Assembly: GCF_036321535.1 (NCBI RefSeq)
Contig: NC_087437.1
Span: 20,710,001-20,774,000 of the forward strand
Direction of reading: 5' to 3'
DNA from: Camelus dromedarius
Taxonomy: Eukaryota
DNA: 64,000 nt
The first letter of the stretch is position 1, and each line of letters begins with the position of its first letter. This document shows positions 1 to 12,920 of the stretch, piece by piece. The notes under the pieces are model-generated. The model was not told where the DNA came from. It searched no databases and saw only the letters and a program-made list of their open reading frames with translations. Both the position numbers and the translations under genes were made by a program.

Positions 1-274
1 CCAGGATTTCTTGGAGAAACTGAGGCTCAGAGGAATACAGTACCTTGCTCCAGCAGAAGGGGGCCCTGTCCAACCTTGGTGTGACCAGACATTGGCCAGC
101 CCTGACCCAGGGCTCTGGGCAGCTCGGAGGGGACGGTGGCAGTAGCAGACTCCACATTGGACAGAACCAAGGCAGGGCTTCTTGGCCTTAGCTGAACTTT
201 TTTTTTTCTTACTTTATTAGAAATTTTAACTAGAATTTAAACATAGCAAACTCAAACTCAATTTTTTAAAAAAA

Positions 275-360
275 TACTCTTTTGTTAGAGCAGTTTTAGA
301 TTCATAGCAAAATTGAGAGGATGGTACAGAGCTAACACACATGCCCCTGCTCCCACACAT
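275..360 (-). mobile_element. Old L1M 3'-end fragment
   Basis: TTAGAGCAGTTTTAGATTCATAGCAAAATTGAGAGG...GTACAGAG resembles the antisense 3' terminus of old mammalian L1 subfamilies. Boundaries approximate. Confidence 0.55.
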
Positions 361-1429
361 GGGTTTGGCTCAGCTTTTTAAAACCATGTGCTCCAGCCCC
401 ACACAGCCCTTCTAGGGATGGTGCAGCTCAGAGAAGTTAAAATGAACATTCACGAAACAGGGAGGCAACAGGGCAGGGAACACCTGATCCATCGCCCACC
501 TGAGTGACTCAGGGGTCCTAGGGGGTCACACAGAGTAGAGAGAATTGTTGGTCTCTATAGTCAAGTCAGCAAGGCTCAAAGTCACTGAGACTGGGGACCC
601 AGAAGCCTCTCAGGAACACTATTGGTGGCTGTCACTTATTCTGGCCTCCTCGCCTGTAACTTGTCTCAGAGACCCTGGAGGGGTTGGAAGTCTCTGCTGA
701 GACAAAGCGCAGGCTGTGCTCGGTTGGGCGGGGAGCAACTTCTCAAAGACACAGTCTGTTTGGAGCGTGCCTTCCCCGGCTCCCTTCTTCTAAAGACCAA
801 GAGCTTGCAAACACTGCAATGTGAACTAGGCATTAAAATTTTATGCACTAATATATATTTTACTGAACTTTTTAATAACCCGGGGAGAAATGGTTTTAAA
901 TAATTCAATATGGTGTTGGCCCCGAGCTGAACTATGCTCCAAGTAACCATGTATAAAATATGACACTAATATTGCATACCTGAATAGAATCAATGTTTAT
1001 TTTGATAATAAGCCATTTGAATTCGAGTAATGTGGGAGTTACAGTTGCCATGGCAGCGTCTTGTTAAGGTTTTAAATGAGACGTCAACGGCCACAGCGAC
1101 ATAAATGCACACGTTCACCTCTTGCTGTTTATAAGTGAACCAAGTGGACAGTGAATAGCTTATTCATCAATAAAATTTTAAACACCATTTATGAAGCAAT
1201 TGAATGACTGAGGAAGTGTGTTGCCAGTAATGTGTGTTCTTTCTCAGAGCCAGCTTCGGGATTTTACAGAGTCCAGCGTGAGGATGGAGGTCACCCTCCC
1301 CACCCAACAAGAAGGCCATTGTCAGAAGAAGGTGTCACTGACACCTGACACTGACACAGTAGGTGCTCAGGAAATTCTTATTCGATGAATTTTTAACGGC
1401 TGCCTTGGGAAGAAGAATTTAAGAATCTG

Positions 1430-1546
1430 AGTGGTTTCCAAACCTGGCTACATATCAAAACTACCTGGACGTGGTATTAAAAATCCTGATTTCTAAACCC
1501 CACCTAGACACAGTGTCAGAATCTCCAGATTTGCAGCCCAGGAATC
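1430..1546. mobile_element. MER5A-like hAT DNA transposon fragment
   Basis: GTGGTTTCCAAACCTGGCT...CCCCACCTAGAC...TCAGAATCTCC...CCCAGGAATC follows the MER5A pattern. Confidence 0.55.
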
Positions 1547-1789
1547 CACCCCAAGTCTAGGGTAAATTTGCCTTTCATTAACTTTCTACAAGACTTTTAG
1601 GCAGAAGATGTTAGAGTTGGAAGAAACCCTGGAGATGACCTAATCCAACCCTTGAAAAATCACATAGCAAGTTTGTGGGAAAGCTGGGACCCAAATCAGT
1701 CTTCTGGCTTTCAGGCCAAAAGCTCTGAAATTCTTTCCAGTAAGCCTGGGCCTCCAAACTGGGGCATGTGTCCACTGGTTGAATTATTT

Positions 1790-2300
1790 AGAACTCTGTT
1801 GGTTACAAGTGAAAGAAACCTAATGCAAACCAATTTAACAAAAAAAAATTTTATGGCTTCAGGTATAGCTAGATCAAGGAGCTTACATGGCCCATCGGGA
1901 CTTTGCCTCTTTCCATGCTTCAACTCTGCTGCCCTTTGTATTGATTCATTCCCAGGCAGATTTTCTCTACTAGGTGGCCCCAGAGCTTCTAGGCTATCTT
2001 TTAGCAGTTTAGCCATACCAGCAGTAACAGGCCTTCTCTGTCCCAGTAGTAGCAGCAGAAGTCCTGAAGCTGATGCTCATTGGTTCAGCTTGGGCTACAT
2101 GTTCACTCCTGGAGCAACCCCTGGGCTCAGAGGAACATAACCTGATTTCCTCCATGGGAACAGAGGGCAGAGTCTGACTGTAGACAGAGAATGGGGAGGG
2201 ATGGTTCTCCCAAAGGGAAAACCGAGGCACAGTCACCAGAAAGAGATGGAGGCAAGGCAGGAAAAACAACAGAAGGGCTATCTCCACGCCAAGACTGTGC
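1790..2300 (-). mobile_element. MLT1-type (ERVL-MaLR) solo LTR remnant
   Basis: Starts TTGGTTACAAGTGAAAGAAACCTAATGCAAAC..., typical of an antisense MLT1J/K end. Degenerate. Confidence 0.45.
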
Positions 2301-4213
2301 TGGCAGAATGTGGAGTCACAGGGAAGTTCAGGCATCTTTCTGCAGCTCCTACTTTACTCATGGAAAGTAGTTTAACACACAATGTTACGTTAAAACAAGC
2401 CCAGAAGTAGAGTGCAAAATTCTCTTGAATTTTTAAGATGAAACATGTAATCTCAAAGAGCCCTGGAGCTTGTAGCAGATGGGTCAGGCTCACCCCAGAC
2501 TCCCAGGGGCCCCAGGCAGGAGCTCAGTGGATACGCTTACTGGTGGAGTCTGGGAGACCTGAACCACAGGGTCTGGCCCTGAAATGCAGCTTTGAATTAT
2601 TCATTATTTGCTCTTGTTGTAAATCTAATATCTCCCCACCCTGTTTGGCAGTGCCTGTCCCTTACCCCTCCTTGGCTGTGGGGAGCAGGTCTTCTTTTGG
2701 GTAGAAGGTCTGGAAAGCCTCACTTCCACCTCCAGCCTCAGGTACTTTACCTAGGCTGGGTCCTGCAGGGGCAGAAATGAGGTGCCCTAGAGCCCAAGCT
2801 GAGGAGAGCGAGAGACTGAAGGTGTAGCCCTGGTACCATCAGACGGGCTGTGTGGTGTGGCTCCTGCCCTTGCTTTGGCAATTGAAGTGGAGGACATGGG
2901 TATAAGGCCATCCACTCATCCTACTGAGTGCCAGGTCCTGTTCCTGGACACTGAGCTGTCAGAGATGAGTATAATAGTGTCTTTGTTCTCAAGGTACCCC
3001 CCAGTCTGAGCACAAAGTTGGGTAGGCTTTCTTAAGCACCAGGATCGTCGTGTCTGGTTGTGCAGTTTGAACACTGCACAAAAGCTCCAACTGAGAGGCC
3101 AGTGGGGCTGAAGTCCAGTCAGCACTCACATGCTTATCTGTGAACCTTGGCACAGATCTGTGTCTGCCTGGAGGAAGAGGCACAAAACCACCCTGTGGCT
3201 AATGGCAGCCCTCAGGGGACCATGTTCTCAAGTAAGAGTAAAGCCGAGTAGGATGCTGGAAAGCAGAACCGTGGAGTCTGAGGTACTAGCCCGCAAAATA
3301 GGGTCTCCAAACCCAACAGCAGGGAGAGGGGAGAGCAATTGTGTGCCAGTGATAAAAGCAGAAGCCTTAGTCAGAAGGCAGAGAGAGCCTGGAAGCCCAG
3401 ACACGAGATGATGAAGTCTGGAGGGAAGCCTGTGGTCGGGGAGGGCCTGGGGCAATCGGTCTAGAAGAGGCAAGGAAACTGCCAGTATGCTCTCTGACCC
3501 ATCCCAGCCTTCTCCTGACCAGCTCTGTGCTGCGGGAACTGCCTTCCCTGGACCCTCCTGCCCTCTGGCTACTGGGCAGTGCCGTGTGCAGGTTCCAGCC
3601 CGGCTGTGTGTTGCTCCCTTCCTCCAGATGACCTTTCTCCACCAGCCTGACTTCTTTAGAATTCAACCCAGGAGGCACCTCGCTGAGGGCAGCATTTCCT
3701 CTTGCTCCGAGCAGATCTCACATCTCTCCTCTGGCCCCACGGTTCCCCGCACTTCCCTGTAGTAAGACTCACCGCCCATGTTGTTGTAAGCTGTAAAAGG
3801 GCTGATCTATCAGTCCCCTCCACCCCCTCACCCCTTAGGGCTCTGAACTCTCAGATGCAGGGAATCATCGCCCTTCTCTCCATCCCCAAGGACCTGGCAC
3901 TGGCCTGAAGATTGTTTATAAAGGGATTTGCACAACTTCTCACTGAATAATCAAATACCCCACCCCCATCGCCCACCCTCCCACAGCAGAAACTGTCAAT
4001 GATCATTCTCGCTCTGAAGATGAGGCTAAGTGACTCGCCCAAAGTCACCCTCTTAAAAAGCGGTTCTCCCACCCAAGTTCCTTCCCACTTTGTCCGCAGT
4101 GCTTCGCAGCTCCTGGGCAGCCTCTGCTGCTAATGCTTCTCTGAGACTTTTTTTAGAGTAGGCACAGAGCCTCTCAGGATGGATACAGCAGCAGCTAACC
4201 TCCATTCGGAGAC

Positions 4214-4440
4214 CTAAGAGTTTTCTGGAGCCAGACTGCCTGACTTCAAATCCCAGTACTGCTCTTCGCTATGTGCCCTTAGGCAAGTTGCTTGATCTCT
4301 CCAGACTCTAGCTTCTTCATCTGGAAAGTGGGTTTGACAGAATCCTTATTTTGTGAAGTTGTGTAAAAGTTAAATAAGTTAAGACATGCAAAGTCTTGGC
4401 CCCGAGCCTGGACCATAGGAAGGCCTTTTGAACGTGGACG
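4214..4440 (+). mobile_element. MIR SINE
   Basis: TCTGGAGCCAGACTGCCTGACTTCAAATCCCAG...GGCAAGTTGCTTGATCTCTC...CATCTGGAAAGTGGG matches the MIR core. Confidence 0.7.
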
Positions 4441-4487
4441 AGTAGCATTGGACAAGGTGATTTATCAGGTGGTATATTCGAACTCAT

Positions 4488-4650
4488 TGCTTCTCAGACT
4501 TCAATAGACATGTGATTCACTTGGAAGTTTTCTTAAAAAGCACATTCTGATGCAGGAGGTCTGCAGTGGAGACCAAGACTCTGCATTTCCAATAAGCCCC
4601 CGGGTGATTCCTGTGCTGCTGGTCCAGGAACCACCTTCTGAGTAGCAGGG
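4488..4650. mobile_element. MER5A DNA transposon
   Basis: GCTTCTCAGACTT...CTCTGCATTTCCAATAAGCCCCCGGGTGAT...GCTGCTGGTCCAGGAACCAC...TGAGTAGCAG resembles the MER5A consensus. Confidence 0.7.
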
Positions 4651-7217
4651 ATCCGGGTCAACTAGGAGCAGGACTCTGAGAGTCGGGGGTTGATGGGGGG
4701 GGTGTGTTATTATGCAATCAGGGGCCCTGTGCAAGGTGGGAGGAATCTGGGGCGGGCAGAAAGGGGAGTAGTAGGAGGGGCAGGAGGGTGCCCTGCAGAC
4801 CGGTGCCCTTGGCTCTTCAGGTGAGGGGGTTGGGGAGGGGAGGACCAGCCTCCCTTCCTGGATCCCGTCCTCCCACCTGTAGATGGACTGTCCTCATCCC
4901 ACCTGTGCATGTGTCTGGCGGCTCACTACTGCCCCCATCTGTCCCCAGGGAGGAATGCTGGGCTGAAGAATGGCCCAGAGGCAGCTGGACCAGCAGGCAA
5001 GCAGCCCTGAGCCTCTGTTCACTGGGCAAGAATGACTTCTCCCTAACCCTTCCTTTGTCCTCCATCCCAGTTATGGAGTGTGCAGGAGGTTGGGGGGGGG
5101 GGCCTGGATCACCAGCCTCCTGCCATCTGGGATCTGGTCTGGTTCTTCCCTGCCACACCCCACCCAGAGAAGAGCCCTCCATCCCCTCTGACCTGGGACC
5201 CGCCTGGTCACCTCTCTCAGGCCTCATTGATGAGACCCAGCAGGGCAGAGAGGCTCAGGTTCTTTGGGGGGAGTCTGAATGGCAACAGATTCCCCAGCAA
5301 AGCTGTCAATAAATTTTAGATTTCAGAAACTGCCATGGGACAGAGTGTTGTCAAACAGCCCCCACCTCGCACATTTTAATCACAAAAAAGCTCCTTTTGC
5401 TGCTTTGCAGTTTTCAGCACGTGCATGTGCTTAGTTAAAGAGCCAAGAAGCACAGAGGAACTTGTAAGGGAAGGGCCGCGGCCACCTTCCCCTCAGGCTC
5501 CCAGCGGGTTACCCTGAACAATGCCAGCTGCTCTGTATCTTGAGGCAATATAATTTTAATATGCTTTCTAGAATGATCAGTTTGGGACATTGCCTGTTAG
5601 CTTCCTGAGTCAGACAATCATGTACAGTTCTGGGTTTGGATGACTTTGTAAGTATAAATACCACCTTTATATTTCTACTTCCAGGCCTACCGTCCTTCCA
5701 CAGTGTCTTTTGACTCTCCCCTGATGAGATGAAGATATTAATTTCCCTCTCTATTCTTTCTTCCCAACCCTGGTAAGCTGTATTTTATTTTTTCAAGATT
5801 GATGTTCTGTTCCACAACTATCAATTAGGTTTCTGTTCTTTGTTTACAGGCCGAGCCTAAAAATTGAAAATTGGGAAGCAGCGTTTACATGATTATGATT
5901 AGGCCAGTGCTGATGGTGGCTGAGCCAGCCCCTGTGACATACCGTGAGCACACTGTCTTTCTTGCCAGCCTTTTATTTGTCCTGGAGTTTCTGTCTGCCT
6001 TTCTTTTCTTTGTACCATTCTCTTATCATATCCTCACTTTTGTTTTCAATTATTCCTTCATATGAGATATTCTGATGAGCAGAGAATTATGCTGAAAAGA
6101 TTTAATCACAAACCAACCCTATTTAATTCAATATATAGGGATGAGTCTTAGCAGGGAGCAATCCGAATGGACAAATCACTAGCCACCAAGGCCTGGGGCA
6201 GGTGCTGGAAGTCCCCTGTTGTGCCAGGCATTAACTCCTAAGGTCTGGATCGTGGTGAGGTCCAGCTGCCAGGAAGAGGCTGGGCAGTGGAAGAACGGTG
6301 GCTCATGTTAGCTGCTATTTAATTACCAATTCAAAAGTTCTTAAACTGGCACATCCTGGCTAAACATCAGGCCTGCCAACGAGTCATTTCCTCCTGAGTC
6401 CTCCAGCCATCAGCTCCATCTGCACTGGCTGCTTTCTGGACCCGCTGCCCAGTAGCCATTCTGACATCCCCTGCCCTGCGGTGCTGTGGGGGATCCCCCG
6501 TGTCCTAAATCCTGTGTCTTCTTTCTTGGTTTATCCCTTTGTTTTGCTAAATAGAAAACTCAGCTTTGCCATTTGATATTCAGTTCAGAGGGTGATAGCA
6601 AACAGATTCAACTAACTCAAAAATTTTAGTCACTCAATATCATGTTACAAAGTCACACACAGATTTTGATATTTGAAAATCTCGCCTTTATAACACCAGT
6701 AATACCACAGTTGAAGAATGGCTGCATCTGCAATTGCTTGAAAGCCAGGGAATAAGAAAGGGAGTCTCGGCAGTCCATCCACAGGGAACTCCCATCCTCC
6801 TCTCAGGCTGCCTCACCTACTAGGAGTGATGCCAGACTATCCAGTACACCCGCGGCACCACTGTCAGCCTGGATATCAAATATCAGAAGATGATTAACTA
6901 TGCTCTTGTTATTTAATTAAAAATGAAATGCAAACAGAGGTTCTAAAATGGTCCTCCTACATTCCAGTGGATCATCTTAGACAAACCCTGAGTGTCCAGC
7001 TCCCACTCTGGGCACCACTGCTTTATTAATAAGAGTTTATGGAGTGTCTCATGTGCCCCAGTTTCCTATACTCAGGAAACTCGCTGTTTAGAGGGAGTAC
7101 AGGCAAGAGAATGGAGCATTACGATAGTGATCAGTGATGTGATAAAGGAATTCCAGTGACTGTGGGAGCACTAAAAAGAGGGATTTCAGCCAGAGGAAGG
7201 AATGTCTAAACAATTGT

Positions 7218-7410
7218 TTGGATGGATGTACAGATAAGTGGGTACATCCATGGATGGATGGATGGATAGACAGGTGGGTGGAGAGATGGGTGGATGACTG
7301 TGTAGGTAGATAGGTAGATGGATGGATAGATTGGTGGGTGGATGGATAGGTGAGTGGATGAATGGGTGAATCAGTGGGTGAGTCTATGAATGGATGTATG
7401 GGTGAGGTGA
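7218..7410. repeat. Degenerate (GGAT/GGGT)n simple repeat
   Basis: Runs of GGATGGAT and GGTGGGT directly visible. Confidence 0.85.
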
Positions 7411-8364
7411 CATCACAGACTGCAGGGGGGATGCAAGCACAGTCCTGATTTCCCTAGAATGTGAATACCTGAAGGTTGGGGCAGTATCTTAATCACCCCT
7501 GTATTCCAGTGTCTGGCATAGGCCTGACACATGAGATGTATTCAATAAATGTTTGTCAAGTGTAGTGAATCAATGAGAATTAATGGCCCACTAGCCAGTT
7601 CACAGCATTCAGTCAGATCTCATCCCTTTTTGATCTCAGTTTCTCTGTGTAGATCAGATATGAAAACACCTGCCGCCGAAATTTATAATGCTCTTGGTGC
7701 CGCAGAAGGGAGACTGTGCTTGGAGGCCTGGTTTCGAATTCTCCATGGGACAGACCTCAGGTAACTTGCATCTTTTACTTCACCCACTTAGCTCTCCACA
7801 TCTTTGCCCTCTTTCAAGCACTTCACGTACATTATCTTATTCAACACTGAGATAAGTATTATTATAATTACGCCCCTTTAAAAGATGAGAGGACAGAGGC
7901 TCAGAGAGGTTAAGAAACTCTGAAATTGAATCAATTTGGGTTGAAATCCTGCCTCTGCTGTGTATACTTGGGCAAATTACCTCTCGAGACCCCTCAAAGA
8001 TGTAAAGATTAAATGAGTAAAGCATGTACAGGAGACAATTAATGGTGGTTCTCTTTGTTTCCCAAGCCAGGAAGTTGCAGAGATGGGATTCCGTGCTGTC
8101 TACCAACCATGTGGATGCCTTTAAGTTAACAAAAAAGATTCAAGTTTTGCTTAGGCTATAGTGTTTCAGTTAAACATAAGGAAGATTTCAGTAACACATT
8201 TTTAAACTTGTAATGTTTAGAAGAACTAAAATAATTAATGAGCTCCTGTGGCCTTCCCCAGCCCTACGATAATGGGGTTCACTAGTCATTTGACAAAAGG
8301 GATTCTATGATCTAGGGGCTAAGCCGCCCCTTATGTGGCCCTATGTGCCATTTTCTTCCCTCGC

Positions 8365-8466
8365 CTGCCCCCTGGTGGTGAATGTGGGCACCACAGGTTC
8401 AGCGTACCACCTACGTTTCCGCCAGGCCAGCCTGGCTCGCCACTGCCTTGCGCCGCCATCTAGCGG
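8365..8466 (-). promoter_or_regulatory. Tandem CTCF motif pair
   Basis: Minus strand reads CCACCAGGGGGCAG (8365-8378) and CCGCTAGATGGCGG (8453-8466), both close to the CTCF core consensus, in a locally CpG-retaining patch. Confidence 0.6.
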
Positions 8467-11400
8467 CTGTTGTTAACACTCAGAGCAGGAAAGGAATTTG
8501 TGCTAAGGAAATGATCGAAAGGGCCCTGCCTTGTCACTCCCCGGCTCCATCGCTCACTGGCTGCGGGACCATGGGCACAGCTTAGCTTTCCTGAATGTTA
8601 GTTTCCGCATCAGTAAAATGGGTAGTACACCTACCTCAAGGAGTTTTGTGATGAGTAAGATAACTGAGGCAAAACACCTAGCAAAGGGCAGACGTGCATA
8701 AACAGCTTGGCTAAATTAATCAAACTGGCTTACTGGTTTTATGGCAGAGTAAAGGGCCACAGGGCAGGGCAGTTTTGAGGACAGGGGAAGAATGGAAAAG
8801 GAGATTGTTAGGAAAATCCAGGGTATGGAGCACAGCTGGGGAGTGAGGGAAACAAAGTCAAGAAGACTTTGAGGACTGACTGATGACCTTGAAATGTGAC
8901 CTCTGTTTGTGTTGTTAGGACACAGATGTGTGGCAGTCACAAGACACAGCAGAACCCAAGATATACATAAGAGCAAGTGTTCCAGGAAGGATTATGGGCC
9001 AGGTTAATCTTGGAGGGCTCCCTGGAGGAGGGGATATTTAAGCTGGGATGGGATCTGAAGAGTGAAGAAGAGCTCTAGGGAGTATTCCAAATCAGGGAAG
9101 GGGAGAATGGGGAAGCAGAGCAAAGCCCCCACCCCCACCCCGCATCTTCTTGAAGGAGACCAACCAGAGAGAAGGCAGGTGTAGGAGATAAGGTCAGACC
9201 ACCTTGGGGTCAGGAGCTTCACCTGGACCCTCTGGATGGGGAAGAGGCCATGGAAACGTTCAAATAGGGGCTGGCATGTGCAGATGCTGTGCACAGCAGC
9301 TTAACTTGGCATCTCTACATAGAGGGGATGGGAAGAAGAACAACTAGATTTGGTCAAATGCACAAAAAATTCAAAGCAACAATCCCTGAACCTGGTATTG
9401 GGAAGGAATAGCAGAGGGACACAGCTGTCTTCTGGCACCTGCACTTTTCAGCAGCCTCTGCTGGGCTGCCTGCTGAGTACAGTCCTTTCACACTTGGCCA
9501 GACCCCTGTGCAGGGCTGCAGCTGCCTCCTCAAGGCCAACCAAGCGGCTCCCCCTCCCTGCTGCTCCGGGGGAAGTGGCAGCTTCTATCACCACGAGGCA
9601 GCGAGACCTGGTGCAGGGCCGGTCCTAGGCCAGCTGAGGACAGTCAGGATCACCTGGGAGACCTGGAGCCCCTGTGAAAATGCAAACTCCAAACAGCTGA
9701 AACAGACTCTCTGGGGTTTGGCCCTAGACTCAGAATCCTTAATAGCTCTGCAGGTGATGGAGATCCTTATTCAGGTTAGGATAATTGGTGAGCAGGGACA
9801 GAGCAGGGATTTGGAGTCAGACAGCCCCAGGACCAGTCTCAGGCTCACTCCTTTTGAGCTGTGCTACCCTGAGCAAGTCACGTCACCACTCTGAGTCCCA
9901 GTGTCCCACCTACAAAATAGGCGTCAAAAACTCTCCCAAAGGATGATGGAGGCTCCCAGCACGGTGCCAGGCATGTAGAAGGTACTTAGCAGGTGGAAGA
10001 TTAAACCTGGGATACCTGGGAGCCCTGACTGCCCTTACCTACTCTTCACGCATGCAGCCTGTGAGTTGATAATTAAGTCTCCCCAAGAAGTAGCTGGATG
10101 TTACTTTGGGAGAAAAGAGGAAAGTCCCCAGGGAGCTCCTGCTGCAGCAGCTCTAACAAGCGCATGTTGAGATTTGGCCTGCCTCTTCCCTTGCCTGTGA
10201 CACCATCCCAGCTGGCTGGCCCCGGAAGGAAAAGTAGGATAGATGGGGCTTGTCCCTGGGGCCTCATGAACCTTCGGTTGCTCTTCCTCCATCCACCCAC
10301 CCGCAGGCACCCTCACCTCCCTGTCTCCCCTTTTGTCTCAGGCAGGCCAGGCTTAGCTCCCAGGATCACTGCCTGCATTTAGCAGTTTCCCAGCACCCTG
10401 GGACCCCAAGGTCTATGGGTAGTTGTGGAGTGATCATTTTCCGTGGCCTGAACCAGGACCTAGGGGCAGTGTGCATCCTGAGACTCAGTGAAGAGGGACG
10501 AATGACAGGATGTGATCACTGGGTGGGTGTACGGAGATGGGAGGGAAATGAACGTGACACTCCCGTTTCTGGTCTGGACAAGGGGTGAGTCAGGAAGGGG
10601 ACGGAGAGGGAGGGATGGTACTTTTTACTGGTAGGACACACAGGAGGAGGAGCAGGTTTGAGATGGGAGATCATCAACTTCTTAATGAGCAGGAGGAGAG
10701 ATGTGTCAGGATTCCTGTTGACTCCCAAACTCAACAAATCCAAAAGTGGTTTAAACATACTGCAATGTTCAGTTTTGTGTGTTTTTCTTCTCCCATGAAA
10801 GAGGTCCGGATGGGCATCCAGGCCGATGTAGAAGCTCCACCAAGTTATCCAGGATCCAGACCGCACTCATCGTTTTGGTCTACCACATGGGCCCGCCATC
10901 CTTAAAATCACCTCCTGATCCAAGATGGCAGTGGAGACAGGCATTACATCTCCTTCCAGTCAGTGAAAAGGAGGAAGGGGGAAAGTGAGATGGGGGTGAC
11001 CCCAAGTGCAGTGTGCTTCTTTTAAGTAGTCTTCTCAGAAGTCCCCCGTGACACGGTCACATCGACTGGACAGAACCAGGTCACATGGCCACAGCCACAT
11101 GCAAAGGAGGTTGGGAAACTTCTCTTTATTGTGGACAACCACGTACCCCGTTAAATATCGGGGATCTGTCACTAGGTAAAAAGGGGAGAATAGATGCTAC
11201 TAGCAGTCCCTGCTATAATCATCACCCCTGAGATGCCAGAATTTTCCAGGGAGAGGCGTGGCTTGAGAAATGATGGTTATCAACACCAGCCTCGCTCAGT
11301 ACACAGTGAGAAGATGCCTGAAGCATCCCGCGGGACCACCAATTAGGAGGCGGGCGGAGGAGGAGCGCAGGGAGGAGCAGCCGGAGCTGAGATGCAGGAG

Positions 11401-12464
11401 GGAAGCCGGTGGGGCGAGGGTGAGGTCCTAGAGCCGGAGGAACCCGGTCTGGAGAAGAGGGCGTGTTTCCAGCTTGGAACGCTGCGGGGAGACCTAGGCG
11501 TGGGGCTGCCAGGCGGCTGTTGTTTCACCGCAGAGAGGTCGCCTGCGGTGTAAACTGTAAACAGAGCAGGTTTCGGTGGAGTGGAGACAGCGGAGGCCCG
11601 CTGGGAGAGCTGGGACTGGGGGTGCCTGGGCCGTGAGCGGAGAAGACCTTTGCAGACCTTGGCTGAGAACAAGAGGGGAAAGGTAGGGAGCAGCTGGAGA
11701 TGGAAGATGAGACTTGAAATGGGTTTGTTTTTGTTTTTTACTCCCCTGAAGCCTAAAAGAGAATTGAGCATATTTAAATCCAGATGGAAAGAAGCCAAAG
11801 GAGACAGTGGTTAAAACCCAGAGAAAGAGGAGAAAAACAGAAGAATGAGAGGGCAGGAGAGGTGAGGCCTGCAGGCTCAGGAGGTGTGATTCTCGGAAGA
11901 GGAAGCACATCTTCCATTGAGATGGGGCGGACAGGGGGAGGGGGCGGGCGTGGGAGACAGATGTTACAGGGAAAAGAGTTTTGTGTTGTTGTTTTTTAGG
12001 AGTGGTTTTAAAAATCAAAACTGGCTGTGGCTCCTTCCCCACCGCCACATTCTCATACCGGAGGGTCAGAGGGAAAAGGAATTTCTTGACTCCCCCTCCC
12101 CCTGGCAGAGACTGGGCCACTGCAGGACTCACAGGAGGTGCCCATGGTGGAGCTGAATATCTGGCGTCTTTGGCCATATAAAGGGGGGCCTGGGATGATG
12201 TAGGTGTGGAGGCTGGAGAGGGTTACAGTAATCTGAAAAAGAAGTGGGGGGATGTTGGGGTTGCTGGGCTGTGAATACAAACGAAGCAGAGGGCGAGGCA
12301 GAGCTGTGCATGCGAGATGGGCTCTAGTTGGCAAACGTGCCTGAGGGAATTTTACCAACAGGAAATTCTCAAGTTCAATTCAGGTTGTTTGCCTTTGTGT
12401 GATGTAAACTCCATTGGTCTCCAGAATGATCAGTAAACTCTGCCAACACCACGGTGCTTTGAGT

Positions 12465-12920
12465 GAGTGGTGGGGCAACCCTCTCAGACCCCCAGAATTG
12501 GTATACAGATTATTTTATATTGAAAATGTTTGAGCTACAGAAGATGCAGAAAGAAACTTTATCTGACCGAAACAGAGCTTCTCCCAAATACTGCTGCCTT
12601 AAACCCCCTCCAGTGGGGTTTCTTACAAATTCAGCTGCCAAGGAGACAGACTGCCTATTCCCCATGGCATCAAAAAGCCCAGTAGAATGTTCCATACTCT
12701 CCCACTGAAGCCCTCACCATCTCCCTTTTGTTAAATTGATGTATATTTATAAACGTTTACTTTGAACTCTTTTGTGAGTTTCTCCATTGTTGGGAGCATC
12801 TGCTTCTGTGGGTGAAACTAAACCTTGTCTTTTTTCCTGTTGGTCTGTCTTTTCTCAATTAATTTGCAGGCCCCCAATCACAGGATACAAGTTGGAAGAG
12901 GAAAAGTGTTCCTCCCAAAA
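12465..12920 (+). mobile_element. ERV1-class solo LTR (MER34/MER39-like)
   Basis: GATTATTTTATATTGAAAATGTTTGAG...GCAGAAAGAAACTTTATCTGACC at the 5' end and CTGTTGGTCTGTCTTTT...AATTTGCAGGCCCC...TTCCTCCC at the 3' end resemble MER34/39 LTRs. Confidence 0.5.

Noticed and set aside
11494..12177. Longest ORF (227 aa, minus strand)
   Set aside because: S/P/L-rich product from purine-skewed, probably L2-derived sequence. No recognisable homology or exon structure.
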